Shown here piece by piece: positions 37,507 through 51,141 of a DNA stretch of 64,000 bases. Positions within the stretch are counted from its first letter, which is position 1, and each line of letters begins with the position of its first letter. The DNA lies in NCBI GenBank assembly GCA_964016885.1, contig OZ024740.1, positions 322,524,001 through 322,588,000 on the forward strand, written 5' to 3'. The stretch comes from Eledone cirrhosa. Taxonomy: Eukaryota. The notes below the pieces were generated by a model, which saw nothing but the letters and a program-made list of their open reading frames with translations, was not told the origin of the DNA and searched no databases. Made by a program: the position numbers and the translations under genes.

Positions 37507-39620
37507 CATCATCATCATCAGCGTTTAACGTCCGTGTTCCACGCTTGCATGGGTTTGGACGGGGGTAGTCCCACTTGAGGCAAGAGTGATTGTCTTGCTC
37601 GCATAGGACTGTCTGGCAGGTTTTCTACAGTTGGATGCCCTTCCTAACACCAACCACATTTACAGTGTGGGTCTGGGAGGTTTTTACCGTGTTGCCTACA
37701 CGGCCACATTACAGCGTGGACTGTGTGTTTTTTTGTCGTGACACCTACACGATCTCATTTGTTTCGGCCTGGATGGTGTGGCACCAACACAACTTTACAT
37801 AGAACGGGGTGGCGTGGATGGGGTGGGGGTGGTGGGAATGGGGGGGGGGGTATTTTGTTAGAGATGCCTACTGGTTGTAGTAGGTTTTACTATGTATTTA
37901 GGTAAGGCGGGTCTTCTCTGTTACTGAGTACCGCCAAAGGTCTCGGTCCAGTGACATTGTCTTGGAGAGGTGTAAGTGTGTGAGGTCAGAGTTTATCAGC
38001 TCGTCCCAGGTTTTTCTAGGTCTGCCTATTCCGTGGCTACCGTCTATCTTTATTGCCCTGCACTTTGTTATACAGCTATCGACTTTCATGCGCATCACGT
38101 GTCCATACCAACGTAGCCTTCTCTCGAGTAAACAACATCTGATCCCTCTTATTTCTAATTTTTTCCTTAGTTCGTTTATGCTTTGCCGTTCACGTATATT
38201 ACTGTTACACATCCAGCGGAGCATGCAAGCTTCGTTCCTCTCTAGTCTGCGTATATCCTCTGCACACAATGCCCAGGTCTCACTGCCATGCAGCATTGCT
38301 GTTCGTATGCAGGCATCGTACAACCTGCCTTTCATTTTTAGGGAGAACCCTTTAGCGGCTAATAGTGGTATAAGCTCTCTGAACTTTTTCCAACCAGTTC
38401 TGACTCTAGCTACTGTACTTTCAGAGCACCCTCCCCCACTGCTGATTTTATCACCCAGGTAACGGAAGCTGTCCACTATTTCTATAGAACCCTCTGCGCA
38501 ATTGAAAGAGCTAGTATTTTGTGGGCACTTGCTGCTACTTATTGCACCAGAGCACCGGCCACATGTAAAATCTATGTTCTTAGTTAGCTTACCTGTGATC
38601 CCACTACATCTTTTATGCACCCATACTTTGCATTTAGGACATAAAATGGAGTTTCTACCTACGCCTTTCCTACACACTGAGCACGACCATTTCCCTGAAG
38701 GGACCGCCGCCTTATTTTCTTTCCTACAAACTAGAACTTTAGTCTTAGCCAGGTTAATTTTAAGGCCTTTTGATTCTAGGCCGTGCTTCCATGTTTGGAA
38801 TTTCTTCTCTAGCTCGGCCATTGATTCCGCTATGAGTGTCAGGTCGTCTGCGTATAGGAGTTCCCATGGGCAGCCGGTCTTGAACTCCTCCGTTATAGCC
38901 TGAAGGGCAATAATAAATAGTAGGGGGCTGAGAACAGAGCCCTGATGGACACCAACTTTTACGCTAAACTCTTCACTATATTCGTTCTTAATTCTAACCT
39001 TGCTGACTGTTTCTTTATACATGGCTTGTATAGCTCTCACAAGCCATTCGTCAATGCCTAGTTTTCTAAGAGCCCACCAGATAATGGAGCGGGGGACTCT
39101 GTTGAAGGCTTTCTCCAAGTCGACAAAAGCTAAGTAGAGGGGTTTACCTTTAGCTAGGTACTTCTCCTGTAGTTGTCGTACAATGAAAAGAGCGTCTGTG
39201 GTACTTTTGCCTGACACAAACCCGAACTGCATTTCATCTAGGTCAATTCTCTCTCTGATTAGTTGTGCTATTACTTTTTCCGTGACCTTCATGACCTGGT
39301 CGATTAATTTAATGCCTCTATAGTTACTCCTATCTAGGGCGTCTCCTTTACCCTTATAACAGTTAACGATGATGCTGCTATGCCAGTCCTTCGGAACAAC
39401 CCCATTCTGTACGACTTGGTTAACTATGCGGGTGACCATGGTGTGTCCCACCGTGCCAGATGCCTTCAGCATCTCAGCAACTATTTCCGAAGGCCCAGCC
39501 GCCTTACCCGTCTTCATATCCTTGATTGCCTTACTTATCATACTCCCCTCGACTAACACTGCTGGTCCCTCTATTGGGTCGATATGGGGGAGACTGTCTT
39601 TCTCCCATTTATTCTCCTCA
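37507..39620 (-). mobile_element. young RTE LINE, 5'-truncated, with uninterrupted RT ORF (37898-39559)
   Basis: 553-aa open frame with all RT motifs and an intact C4HC3 finger; (GAT)n tail. Absent from the paralogous site at ~47699. Confidence 0.96.
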
Positions 39621-40114
39621 TTTATATATATATATATATATATGAGCTCCCCACTCGTTATATTAACTGTGTATCCTCGGTGTTTCGTGAAAGTCTGAGT
39701 GATCAGCTATATATTTGTTTACAATTTTTTTTTATATTTAGATGGAAAAGAAGAAAAAGACGAAGCAAAGACTAAAATGAAAATGACAACAAAGACAAAG
39801 AAGACACGGGAAACGAAGATGACGAAAAGAAGAAGAAAGTATGATCTAAGTTCAGTCTAAACCTAATGACCTGTAGATACGATCTATTTAGGTTTAACTT
39901 AAACATTCAAAGATATTTGTATATACTTTTGTTGATGTTTGACATTGTTTTTTAGTTATGAAATAGCTTATAAGCTACATTATAGGATCACAGTGCATGA
40001 GCACACTGCTCTTTAAATTAACTTTATCTCCTCAGCACTTTGTAAAGTCTGAGAGATAGGCAACATATATGTTTAACATTTTTTGTTTTTGGTATTTAGA
40101 TGGCAGAGGAGAAG

Positions 40115-40375
40115 ATAAAGGCACAGAAGAAGTCAAAGGCACAGAAGAAGTCAAAGGCACAGAAGAAGTCAAAGGCACAGAAGAAGTCAAAGGCACAGAA
40201 GAAGTCAAAGGCACAGAAGAAAACAAAGGCACAGAAGAAAACAAAGGCAAAGAAGAAAACAAAGGCACAGAAGAAAACAAAGGCACAGAAAAGACAAAGG
40301 CACAGAAGAAGACAAAGGCACAGAAGAAGACAAAGGCACAGAAGAAGACAAAGGCACAGAAGAAGACAAAGAAAA
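40115..40375. repeat. 18-bp minisatellite (AAAGGCACAGAAGAAGTC)
   Basis: About 14 units here; about 6 units at 48200-48315. Confidence 0.9.
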
Positions 40376-40744
40376 TGAACAAGAACAATTATTATTACTA
40401 TTATTATTGTTATTATTATTAGTATTATTATAATCAAACTAAGCCACACTACATCAACCTATACCATACCACACCACACTGACAAACATTATACCATACC
40501 ACATTATCCAACACCACACTACGAAACACTGTACGACCTCACATCAGACCATGCTATGAAACAATATACCATACTACACTATACAACAATAGACAACACC
40601 ACACACGATTATGAAACACTATACTTTACCACACTATATCACACCACTCAAGTTAGAGAGGATCAACTTTTTTCCTGGAAAGTAGAAAACCTAACTTTAA
40701 AAATAACACTTGCACTCACACATGCTCTAACAGTGAACTTAGCG

Positions 40745-43700
40745 CTAACATGATAACTAAAACTAACACAAACACTAACCTGAACACTAACACTAACCTG
40801 AACACTTACACTAAAACTAACATTAGCACAAACATTAGCCTCAACACTAACACTAAAACTAACATTAACTTGAACACTAACTCTAACCTGAAAACTAAGC
40901 TAACATTAACCTGAACACTCACATAAACACTAATGCTAACACTAACAGAAATACTAATGCTAACATTAACGCTAACCTTAACACAAAAACAAAGACTAAC
41001 GCTAACACAATCACTAACACTAATGGAAACATCAAACACTAATGCTAACAGAGATACTAACACAAATATTAATACAAAAACAAATACTAACACTAACACA
41101 ATCTCTAACACTAACCTTAACACTAAAACTAACACGAACACTAAAACTAACACTAACAGAGATACTAACACAAAAACAAACACAATCTCTAACACTCAAA
41201 CTAACATTAACTTTAACACTAACACAAACACATGCTAACACTAACAGAAATACTAATGCTAACATTAACACAAAAACAAAGACTAACGCTAACACAATCA
41301 CTAACACTAATGGAAACATCAATCACTAATGCTAACAGAGATACTATCACAAATATTAACACAAAAACAAACACTAACGCAATCTCTAACACTAACATAA
41401 CTTGAACACTAACCTGAACACTTACACTAAAACTAACATTAACCTAAACACTGGCACTAAAACAAACACTACCATAAACAGTAACACAAACACTAATCTG
41501 AGCACTAACAGTAACACTAACACTATCATAAAAACTAACACTAAAAAAAAAACACTAACACGAAAACTGATACTAATCAGAAAACTAAGTTAACATTAAC
41601 CTCAACACTAAAACAAACACTAACTTTAACAGAAAAACAAAGACTAGCACTAACACTAAAAGTAACACTAACGCTAACAGAGATACTAACACAAATATTA
41701 ACACAAAAACAAACACTAACACAATCTCTAACACTAACCTCAACACTAACACTAAAACTAACATTAACTTGAACACTAACTCTAACCTGAAAACTAAGCT
41801 AACATTAACCTGAACACTAACATAAACACTAATGCTAACATTAACGCTAACCTTAACACAAAAACAAAGACTAACGCTAACACAATCACTAACAGTAATG
41901 GAAACATCAAACACTAATGCTAACAGATACTAACACAATCTCTAACACTAACCTTAACACTAAAACTAACATTAACTTGAACACTAACATTAACTTGAAC
42001 ACTAACCTGAACACTTACACTAAAACTAACACTAACGGAGATACTAACACAATCTCTAACACTAAAACTAACATTAACTTTAACACTAACCTGAAAACTA
42101 AGCTTACATTAACCTGAACACTAACATAAACACTCATGCTAACACTAACAGAAATACTAATGCTAACATTAACACAAAAACAAAGACTAACGCTAACACA
42201 ATCACTAACACTAATGGAAACATCAATCACTAATGCTAACAGAGATACTAACACAAATATTAACACAAAAACAAACACTAACCTTAACACTAAAACTAAC
42301 ATTAACACTAACATAACTTGAACACTAACACTAACCTGAACACTTACACTAAAACTAACATTAATCTAAACACTAGCACTAAAACTAACAATACCATAAA
42401 CAGTAACACAAACACTGATCTGAGCACTAACACTAAAAAAAACACTAACCAGAAAACTAAGTCAACATTAACCTGAACACTAACATTAACACTAACACGA
42501 ACACTAACACGAACACTAATGGAAACACTAACGCCAAAGCTGACACTGACGAAGATGGCTATGCTGGCACAAACACTGGCGCAAATGTTGACACAATCGC
42601 TTACGCTGACACAAACAGTAACGTGAATACTGATGCAGGTGCGAAGGCGAATGCTGACAAAGACTCTGACGCACACGCTGATGTAAATGCTACACAGACT
42701 CTAACACTGACGTGGACACTGTCACAAATGCTCACGCTGATATAAAAAAAGCAAATGCAAACACAGACGCAAATGTTGATGCAGATGTTAAAGCAAACGC
42801 AAATGCTGACGCAAACGATGACAGCGATGCTAATGTGAACCTTAACGCAGACGTAAACATTGACGTAGAAGCTAAAGGAAACACTGATGCAGACGCTGAC
42901 ACAGACGCTAACACACGTTACCACGGATGCTAACGTAAACACTGACGCAGATGCTAATATAAACACTGACGCAGACGCTAACATAAACGCTGACGCTGAT
43001 GTAAATACAGATGCTGACGTAGAAGCTAACACAAACGCTGACACAGACACTAATGTAAACGCTGACGTAGAAGCTAATGTAGATGCTGATGTAGAAGCTA
43101 ACGTAAACGCTGACGTAGAAGCTAACAAAACACTGACGTAGTTGTTACGTAGAAGCAGGCGTAGAAGTTAGCGTTTACCCTTACCGCCGAAGCTGATCTC
43201 CAAAACGCAATTGCTGATGCGGATTGCTGAAGCCAAAGCCAAGCTAACGCTGACGCAAATGTTGAGGCAGTTTTGCCGGCGCTGACGTGTATGCTGACGC
43301 TAACGCAAATGCTGATGCAGACGCTAGGGCTCAGGCTAACGCTGATGCAAATGCTGAAGTTAACGCTTACATGGGATATGCAGACGCTGCAATGATGCGG
43401 ACGCCACAGGAAAGGTTGATGGAAACGCTAATGCTAACGGAAAACGCTGACGTAGACGTTACGGAAACGCTGACGTAGAAGCTAACGTAAACGCTGACAC
43501 AGACTCTAACGTAAACGCTGACACAGACTCTAACGTAAACGCTGACGTAGATGTAAATACTGACGCTGACACAGATGCGGTCGGAAACGCTGATGTAGAA
43601 GCTAACGGAAACACTGACAGAGATGCTAACGGGAACGCTGATGTAGAAGCTAACGTACACGCTGACACAGACGCTAACGGAAATGCTGACAAAGACATTA

Positions 43701-44140
43701 AAGGAAATGCTGTCGCAAACGCTAATGCTAATGTGAATGCTGATGCAGATGCTGACGCAAATGCTGACACTGACACAAGTGCTGACGCGGACGCTAATGA
43801 TAATGCTGACTCAGAAGCTGACGTAGACGTAGGCACTGAAACAAACACTAATGCTAACACTAATGTTGACTCAGATGCTAAGGGAAATGCTGACACAATC
43901 ACTATCACCAATGCAGACGCTGATGCAAATGCTGACATACATGCTGACACTTATGCAAACACTAACACAGATGCTAACACCAGTCTACATAGACGCTTAT
44001 GCAAATAGTAACTGTAAGAGTAACAGTTACAGTAACACTAACAGTGACAGTAATGCTAACAGTAACACAGTCACTAACAATAAACTTACCATTAACAGTA
44101 AAACTTACCCTAACACTAACCCTAAATCTAACATTAACCC
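40745..44140. repeat. hexamer-based (AACACT)n satellite with central (GACGCT/GATGCT)n zone
   Basis: Seen directly; paralogous tract at 48680-51141. Confidence 0.85.
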
Positions 44141-44657
44141 AGAGAAAAAAGTCATTTGCAATCACATTTAAGGTCACTCTTTAAGATATAGAAGATAGGC
44201 ATTACATTTTAATGATTTTAATTTAAAGAGAATCACGCTATACGATGCAACACAATAACACACCACACTACACTAACCTACACTACACCAAACCAGATTA
44301 TACCATACTTTGGTAAATTTATGATAGGTTTCCATGTTATACTACACCAAACTAAACCATACCAAACCAAACCACACCATAAAAAACTACACCATACTAC
44401 ATCACACCATGCTATTGAACTCAGTGTAACAAATTTTCTTCCTGCTTTTTTTGTCTTTTTGCTTACCACCCAATCTGACATTAAAAGTGTTTGCAATTAA
44501 CTATTTTTTGCACATATTATCAATGAAGACTTTGAAACCTGTAGAAAATGACTAGCTTTGTAGAAAAAAGAGGGCGGAAAGTGGGTGGAAATACCATTCA
44601 CAAAGCTTGTCATTTTTGATTGCAGTGAAAGTCATATTTGTTGTTAATATGGTAATG

Positions 44658-44964
44658 GAGGCACATGGCTTAATGGTTAGAGCATTGGCCTTGCAATCGA
44701 AAGGTTGTGAGTTCAATTCTCAGACCAGGTGGTGTGTTGTTTCCTTGAGCAAGACACTTTATTTCACATTGCTCCAGTTTACTCAGCTGTAGAAATGAGA
44801 TGATAGGGACTAGTGTCCCTATCATTCCACTGCAAAAACCACCCAGCACTCACTGTAAATGAGGTTGGTGTTAGGAAGGGCATCCAGCTGTAGAAATCAA
44901 GCCAGAATCAGTTCCCGTCCCACCCTTGCAAGCAGGGAAAAGTGGACGTAAAATGATGATGATG
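44658..44964 (+). mobile_element. tRNA-derived CORE-type SINE (family A), near full length
   Basis: GGAGGCACATGGCTTAATGGTTAGAGC head, B box, CORE-like body, RTE-type tail with (GAT)n. Confidence 0.85.
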
Positions 44965-45339
44965 TGAGCATGTTGGAGTTTGGAAAACCATACCACATTA
45001 AACTACATCATACTATTAATCTCAGTGAGAACATTTTTCTTCCTGTTTTTTTTTCTTCTGTGTGCCTGTGTGTGCTTACCACCCAATCTGATATCAAAGG
45101 TGCTCACAAATGACTATTTTTTTACACATTATCAATGTATATAACATGGAAACCTATCATTTGCAATAGGTGCCCATGTCATAACTACAACAATCCAAAC
45201 CACTACATCACACCATGCTTTTGATCTCAGTGTGAAAAATTTTCTTCCTGTTCCTTTTTTTTTTTTTTTTGTGTGTTCTTACCACCCAATCTGACATCAA
45301 AGGTGCTGCAATTGACTATTTTTCGCACATATTATCAAT

Positions 45340-47395
45340 AATTATGACATGGAAAACTGTCGAAAATGACTAGCTTTGTAGAAAAAAGAGGGAGGATGTG
45401 GGTGGAAATACCATTTACAAAGCTAGTCATTTTTTATTGCGGCAGAAGTCATATTTTTTGTTAATATGCTAAAAGCATAGTCCACTGCGAGCTTCTTGGA
45501 AGTTAATAACATGCAAAAATGAATGAAAAATTTTTTTTCTAACATAAATCAAAGTGGAAATTTAAATCCTCACTTATAACAAAGCACACCACAGCACATT
45601 AATCTACCTCAATCCACACCATATATGTCACCATAACCATACTTCACTATATGGTAAATTTATTACAGAACACCTACTCCTACCATTTACATCACATGGA
45701 CATTAATGTGACAAATTTGCTACCTGCTTTTTTTTTTTTTCTTTGTGGTTACCACCTCAAACTAACATCAAAGGTGCTTGCAAATGACTATTTTCTCACA
45801 CATTATCAATGAATATGACATGGGAATCTATCGTTTACAATTGGTTTCCATTTCATAACTTCACCAAACCAAACCACACCATACCAAGTTACACCATACT
45901 ACATCGCACCAAGCTATTGATCTTGGTGTGAAACATTTTTTTTTCTGTGTGCTTACTACCCAATCTGACATTAAAGGTGCTCCCAATTTACTTTTTTTTT
46001 TCACATCAATAATTATGACATGGAAACCTGTCGAAAATGACTATCTTTGTAGAAACTTCACCAAACCACACCATACTACATCACACCAAGATATTGATTT
46101 TGGTGTGACTTTTTTTTTTTTTTTGTGTGTTTACCACCCAATTGACATAAAAGGTGCTTGCAAATTACTATTTTATGCACATATTAACAATGGTTATGAC
46201 ATGGAAACTTGATGAAAATGACTAGCTTTGTAGAAAAAAGAGGGAGGATGTGGGTGGAAATACCATTTACAAAGATAGTCATTTTTTATTGCAGCGGAAG
46301 TCATATTTTTTGTTAATATGCTAAAAGCATAGTCCACTGCGAGCATCTTGGAAGTTGATAGCACATGCAAAAATGAAGGAAAAATTTTTTTTCTAACATA
46401 AATCAAAGTGGAAATTTAAATCCTCACTTATAACAAAGCACACCACAGCACATTAATCTACCTCAATCCACACCATATATGTCACCATAACCATACTTCA
46501 CTATATGGTAAATTTATTACAGAACACCTACTCCTACCATTTACATCACATGGACATTAATGTGACAAATTTGCTACCTGCTTTTTTTTTTTTTCTTTGT
46601 GGTTACCACCTCAAACTAACATCAAAGGTGCTTGCAAATGACTATTTTCTCACACATTATCAATGAATATGACATGGGAATCTATCGTTTACAATTGGTT
46701 TCCATTTCATAACTTCACCAAACCAAACCACACCATACCAAGTTACACCATACTACATCGCACCAAGCTATTGATCTTGGTGTGAAACATTTTTTTTTCT
46801 GTGTGCTTACTACCCAATCTGACATTAAAGGTGCTCCCAATTTACTTTTTTTTTTCACATCAATAATTATGACATGGAAACCTGTCGAAAATGACTATCT
46901 TTGTAGAAACTTCACCAAACCACACCATACTACATCACACCAAGATATTGATTTTGGTGTGACTTTTTTTTTTTTTTTGTGTGTTTACCACCCAATTGAC
47001 ATAAAAGGTGCTTGCAAATTACTATTTTATGCACATATTAACAATGGTTATGACATGGAAACTTGATGAAAATGACTAGCTTTGTAGAAAAAAGAGGGAG
47101 GATGTGGGTGGAAATACCATTTACAAAGCTAGTCATTTTTTATTGCAGCGGAAGTCATATTTTTTGTTAATATGCTAAAAGCATAGTCCACTGCGAGCAT
47201 CTTGGAAGTTGATAGCACATGCAAAAATGAGGAAAAATTTTTTTTCTAACATAAATCAAAGTGGAAATTTAAATCCTCACTTATAACAAAGCACACCACA
47301 GCACATTAATCTACCCCAATCCACACCATATATTCACCATAACCATACTTCACTATATGGTAAATTTATTACAGAACACCTACTCCCACCATTTA
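45340..47395. repeat. ~854-bp tandem repeat (about 2.4 near-identical units), with diverged relatives at 44400-45340 and 51146-52960
   Basis: Identical ORFs at 45928 and 46782 (offset 854); shared GAAAATGACTAGCTTTGTAGAAAAAAGAGGG module. Confidence 0.88.
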
Positions 47396-47396
47396 C

Positions 47397-50300
47397 AAGG
47401 ATCTGAGTAAGTAAACACTTCATTGACCATCATTTTAAGCAGAATCTCAGTGTAGTTTTAAATTGACCTTTTCGTATGATTACACCTGTCTTAACTTAAT
47501 CACCTGTAGATGGATGCTACATGTAATGTTAAAATTAGTTAAACACTGTTTCCCCCTTCTCATCACATGTGGATGCTACATGTGTATTGTTAACATTAAT
47601 CTAATGATGTGCCCCCCCCCCCCCCCCCCCTCACCATATCATACCACACTACATCACACCATGTACCACACCAGACCACATAACACCATGCTATACCATA
47701 TATATATATATATATATATGAGCTCCCCACTCGTTATATTAACTGTATCTCCTCGGTGTTTCGTGAAAGTCTGAGAGATCAGCTATATATTTGTTTACAA
47801 TTTTTTTTAATATTTAGATGGAAAAGAAGATAAAGACGACGAAGCAAAGAAGACACGGGAAACGAAGATGACGAAAAGAAGAAGAAAGTATGATCTCAGT
47901 TCAGTCTAAACCTAATGATTTATAGATATGATCTTAGTTCAGTCTTAACCTAATGACCTGTAGATACGATCTATTTAGGTTTAACTTAAACATTCAAAGA
48001 TATTTGTATATACTTTTGTTGATGTTTGACATTATTTTTTAGTTATGAAATAGCTTATAAGCTACATTATAGGATCACAGTGCATGAGCACACTGCTCTT
48101 TAAATTAACTTTATCTCCTCAGCACTTTGTAAAGTCTGAGAGATAGGCAACATATATGTTTTACATTCTTTGTTTTTGGTATTTAGATGTCAGAGAAGAT
48201 AAAGGCACAGAAGAAGTCAAAGGCACAGAAGAAGTCAAAGGCACAGAAGAAGTCAAAGGCACAGAAGCAGTCAAAGGCACAGAAGAAAACAAAGGCACAG
48301 AAGAAGACAAAGAAAATGAACAAGAACAACAATTATTATTACTATTACTATTATTATTGTTATTATTATAATCAAACTAAGCCACACTACATCAACCTAT
48401 ACCATACCACACCACAAACATTATACCATACCACATTATCCAACACCACACTATGAAACACTGTACGACCTCACATCAGACCATGCTATGAAACAATATA
48501 CCATACTACACTATACAACAATAGACAACACCACACACGATTATGAAACACTATACTTTACCACACTATATCACACCACTCAAGTTAGAGAGGATCAACT
48601 TTTTTCCTGGAAAGTAGAAAACCTAACTTTAAAAATAACACTTGCACTCACACATGCTCTAACAGTGAACTTAGCGCTAACATGATAACTAAAACTAACA
48701 CAAACACTAACCTGAACACTAACACTAACCTGAACACTAACACTAACCTGAACACTTACACTAAAACTAACATTAGCACAAACATTAGCCTCAACACTAA
48801 CACTAAAACTAACATTAACTTGAACACTAACTCTAACCTGAAAACTAAGCTAACATTAACCTGAACACTCACATAAACACTAATGCTAACACTAACAGAA
48901 ATACTAATGCTAACATTAACGCTAACCTTAACACAAAAACAAAGACTAACGCTAACACAATCACTAACACTAATGGAAACATCAAACACTAATGCTAACA
49001 GAGATACTAACACAAATATTAATACAAAAACAAATACTAACACTAACACAATCTCTAACACTAACCTTAACACTAAAACTAAAACTAACACTAACAGAGA
49101 TACTAACACAAATATTAACACAAAAACAAACACAATCTCTAACACTCAAACTAACATTAACTTGAACACTAACACTAACCTGAAAACTAAGCTAACATTA
49201 ACTTGAACACTAACACAAACACATGCTAACACTAACAGAAATACTAATGCTAACATTAACACAAAAACAAAGACTAACGCTAACACTAATGGAAACATCA
49301 ATCACTAATGCTAACAGAGATACTAACACTAACATAACTTGAACACTAACCTGAACACTTACACTAAAACTAACATTAACCTAAACACTGGCACTAAAAC
49401 AAACACTACCATAAACAGTAACACAAACACTAAACACTAACACTAAAACTAACACGAAAATTGATACTAATCAGAAAACTAAGTTAACATTAACCTCAAC
49501 ACTAAAACAAACACTAACATTAACAGAAAAACAAAGACTAGCACTAACACTAATGGAAACACTAACACAAACACTAACACTAACCTGAACACTAACACTA
49601 AAAGTAACACTAACGCTAACAGAGATACTAACACAAATATTAACACAAAAACAAACACAAACACAATCTCTAACACTAACCTCAACACTAACACTAAAAC
49701 TAACATTAACTTGAACACTAACTCTAACCTGAAAACTAAGCTAACATTAACCTGAACACTAACAGAAATACTAATGCTAACATTAACGCTAACCTTAACA
49801 CAAAAACAAAGACTAACACAATCACTAACACTAATGGAAACATCAAACACTAATGCTAACAGATACTAACACAATCTCTAACACTAACCTTAACACTAAA
49901 ACTAACACTAACATTAACTTTAACACTAACCTGAACACTTACACTAAAACTAACACTAACGGAGATACTAACACAATCTCTAACACTAAAACTAACATTA
50001 ACTTTAACACTAACCTGAAAACTAAGCTTACATTAACCTGAACACTAACATAAACACTCATGCTAACACTAACAGAAATACTAATGCTAACATTAACACA
50101 AAAACAAAGACTAACGCTAACACAATCACTAACACTAATGGAAACATCAATCACTAATGCTAACAGAGATACTAACACAAAAACAAACACTAACCTTAAC
50201 ACTAAAACTAACATTAACACTAACATAACTTGAACACTAACACTAAAACTAACATTAATCTAAACACTAGCACTAAAAAAAACACTAACCAGAAAACTAA

Positions 50301-51141
50301 GTCAACATTAACCTTAACACTAACGCTAATACAAAATCAAACACTAACACGAACACTAATGGAAACACTAACGCCAAAGCTGACACTGACGAAGATGGCT
50401 ATGCTGGCACAAACACTGGCGCAAATGTTGACACAATCGCTTACGCTGACACAAACAGTAACGTGAATACTGATGCAGGTGCGAAGGCGAATGCTGACAA
50501 AGACTCTGACGCACACGCTGATGTAAATGCTACACAGACTCTAACACTGACGTGGACACTGTCACAAATGCTCACGCTGATATAAAAAAAGCAAATGCAA
50601 ACACAGACGCAAATGTTGATGCAGATGTTAAAGCAAACGATGACAGCGATGCTAATGTGAACCTTAACGCAGACGTAAACATTGACGTAGAAGCTAAAGG
50701 AAACACTGATGCAGACGCTGACACAGACGCTAACACACGTTAACACAGATGCTAACGTAAACACTGATGCAGATGTTAATATAAACACTGACGCAGATGC
50801 TAACATAAACGCTGACACAGATGCTAACACACGTTGACACAGACGCTAATGTAATCGCTGACGTAGAAGCTAACGTAAACAATGACGTAGTTGTTAACAT
50901 AGAAGTTAGCGTTTACCCTTACCGCCGAAGCTGATCTCAAAAACGCAATTGCTGATGCGGATTGCTTGAGGCAAATGTTGAGGCAGTTTTGTCGGCGCTG
51001 ACGTGTATGCTGACGCGGAAACTAGGGATAAGGCTAACGCTAGGGCAAATGCTGAAGTTAACGCTTACATGGGATATGCAGACGCTGCAATGATGCGGAC
51101 GCCACAGGAAAGGTTGATGGAAACGCTAATGCTAACGGAAA
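47397..51141. repeat. segmental duplication copy B (lacks the RTE insertion)
   Basis: Collinear with 37210-37509 + 39621-43444. Confidence 0.9.

Larger units (their letters stand above)
37210..43444. repeat. segmental duplication copy A (paralog at 47397-51141)
   Basis: Collinear unique and repeat blocks, e.g. identical 65-aa ORFs at 40556 and 48488. Confidence 0.9.

Noticed and set aside
39645-39712. Possible minus-strand hammerhead (CTGATCA…CGAAAC)
   Set aside because: The core is CUGAUCA rather than CUGANGA, and no convincing stems I or II form.
40806-50466. Many NT-, LT- and LV-repeat ORFs
   Set aside because: Translations of the (AACACT)n satellite in several frames with frequent stops.
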